From positions 5,259,478-5,323,477 of the forward strand of contig NC_068989.1 of NCBI RefSeq assembly GCF_001194135.2: 64,000 nt of DNA, in the 5' to 3' direction. Within the stretch, counting starts at the first letter, position 1. Every line of letters starts with the position of its first letter. This document shows, piece after piece, positions 61,835 through 64,000 of this stretch. The position numbers and the translations under genes were made by a program. Below the pieces are notes generated by a model. That model saw nothing but the letters and a program-made list of their open reading frames with translations. It made no database searches and was not told the origin of the DNA. This stretch comes from Octopus bimaculoides. Taxonomy: Eukaryota.

Positions 61835-62961
61835 GTGCGTGCGTGCGTGTGTGTATGTATGTATGTATGTATGTATGTATGTAGGTATTCAGACACACGA
61901 TAGTTTTTGCACACAATTTCTGTCTCCCGACACATATTTTGTAGTTTTAAGCGTTCAATTTAATGCAGAAAAAAGAATAAACAACATATCTTCTAGTTTT
62001 AAGAGCAGAAGAAAGAAACTAAATAAATAAAATATTTCATAATCACACATTTTCAGTTTTTTGTAAATACAGGTTTTTTTTTTTTAAACAGGAGAGTGCC
62101 AACATTTGGCTTGTTACTATGGAAACAGGCATGAATGTATCTGTGTCTAACGATTGGCTAAAATTACCAAAAATTTATAAACTATAAAAGCTATTAACTC
62201 TTTGCTTATTGATTAATGGTGAAATTGAATTTTATGTCATTAATTACCGTACAAAACTACATCATTACACCAAATTTTGAAATTAATTGGAGCAAAATTG
62301 ATGAAATTGAAAAGTGGCAGCCAAACAGAAAAAAAATCCGGTTTCGGGATTGAAGTGGAAACTACGTGTTTACAAAGTGAACATCTTAACAACACAACTA
62401 TGTCTGCGTCTATGGGCGTAAATAATGCCGCAAGACCAACCTTGAACAGTAATGAGATTGATGATAATGATAACGACGATGATGATGATGATGATGATGA
62501 TGATGACGATCGGGAAGTTGTGGTGCTATCTATTTGAACAACAGACGGTAGATTCGCTCTGTCAACAGAGTAAGAATAATATATTCTTAAAGAGAACTCT
62601 GAAAATTCCGACCGTTTCCTATGCTACAGATGACTCACTCCTGCGAAACACGACAGACGCCAGAGATGGTAAGCAGTCAAATATGACAGGATTTAACAAG
62701 TTGATGCCGTAATGACATTTAAAATGTCATGCTTGTGCGAGCTAGAAATTTGTCAATAGAATTTAGCATTTGTTGAGTCTTGTACAGGAGGAAATGGATT
62801 TAAGCATAGAGACTTGAACGAACTAAAGCAATAGTCTATCTCTAGAAAACACGAGAAATAATGAATTTATTAGTTTCTTTTCGAGGGAAATTGTTGAGGA
62901 TCGATTATATTTGAAACTGAATAAGTTTTTCTGAGGTTATTTTCCCATACATTTAACAAAT

Positions 62962-63420
62962 ATTATTATTTCCTGCTGCTTAAGGCAGCGAGCTGACGAG
63001 ATCGTTAGAGTGCCGGACAAAATGCTTCGCAGCATTCCTTCCGGCTTTACGTCTTGAGTTAAGTTTCACCGAGGTCGACTTCGCCTTTCATCCTTTCAGA
63101 GTCGATCAAATAAGTACCAGTTGAGTACTGGGGTCGATATAGTCGGCTTAATCCTTCACCCGAAACAGCTGGCCCTGTGCCAAAATTTGAAACTATTATT
63201 TTCTGCTGCTTAAAGCAGCGAACTGGAAAAATCGTTAGAATGCCGGACAAAATACTTAGTGGCATTCTTTCCGGCTTTACGTCCTGAGTTTAAGTTTCAC
63301 TGAGGTCGACTTCGCCTTTTTGGGGATCGATAAAATAAGTACCTGTTGAGCACTGGGGTAGATGTAATCCACTAAAATTTCTGGCCTTATTTTAACGACT
63401 CCAAAAAGATGGAAGGCAAT
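62962..63420 (+). mobile_element. Tandemly duplicated SINE A unit (two copies)
   Basis: Both copies are preceded by TATTATTT(C/T)CTGCTGCTTAA and share the variants GAGTTAAGTTTCAC and GACTTCGCC. Confidence 0.8.
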
Positions 63421-63442
63421 CAGTAATGGAAGCCTCTGTATG

Positions 63443-63757
63443 CAGTGGCGGACTGGGTCTAAAAATATTGGTTGCCAGGAGACTAAGGGGACTCACCCGC
63501 AACTACAAGGGGGCCCACCCGCAACTACAATGCTATAATTTATTTATTTATTTTTTGTTAAAAGTATTCTTTTCAACTGTCTACAAACACAGCCAGACTG
63601 AAATAATTAATGCATTCTTCCAGGAGTGAATAAAAAATTCTCAAAGTTCAGGGGAAGGGCCCCTTAGATACTAACAGTGGCCCCCATATATGGACTGTAA
63701 TGGCGCAGGGGCCCACTTGCCATCGGGCAAGCTGGCAACCTGACCAGTCTGTCACGG
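63443..63757. mobile_element. hAT-superfamily MITE with an 8-bp TSD
   Basis: TSD TCTGTATG at 63435-63442 and 63758-63765. Imperfect 14-bp TIR CAGTGGCGGACTGG / CCAGTCTGTCACGG. Confidence 0.85.
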
Positions 63758-64000
63758 TCTGTATGTGTTGCTCAACTTGTTAGGAATAGCTGTCAATTTT
63801 GCCTGGAATTATACTCTGTCGTGTTGGAATGGAAATATAAGAGGATGGAGAATACAATATTATTGGCACGCGGTTCTGGTGGTGGTGGAAGAAGAAGAGG
63901 AGGAGGAGGAGGAGGCAGCGTGGAAAAAGAAAAGAGTTAATTGGTTAAAATTACAAAAACTTCCATATTTCAAAGTTCATGATTTTTTTATTATTATTAG

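Overview
This is repeat-saturated, AT-rich eukaryotic genomic DNA, most likely intronic or intergenic sequence from an octopus. The organism call is inferred from tRNA-derived SINE families I recognise as octopus-type and from the extreme microsatellite load. About 22 N-gaps (about 8.8 kb) are present, most abutting microsatellites. I found no convincing host protein-coding gene: nearly all ORFs in the track are translated microsatellites or run through gaps. Supported content is: three abundant SINE families (called A, B and C here); decayed LINE fragments (RTE, CR1/L2-like, R4/Dong-like, another RLE-type RT, Hero-like); mariner deletion derivatives; MITEs with clear TIRs and TSDs (mariner, Tc2/pogo-like, hAT, piggyBac, and a 9-bp-TSD Mutator-like element); and one degenerate tRNA-Asp(GTC). 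The most interesting signal is a dispersed set of six (possibly seven) type I hammerhead-ribozyme-like motifs in several unrelated repeat contexts. They have palindromic stem III regions and compensatory stem changes, and include a two-copy family with an unusually long stem II (about 57-61 nt). SINE and LINE boundaries are approximate unless a TSD is quoted.
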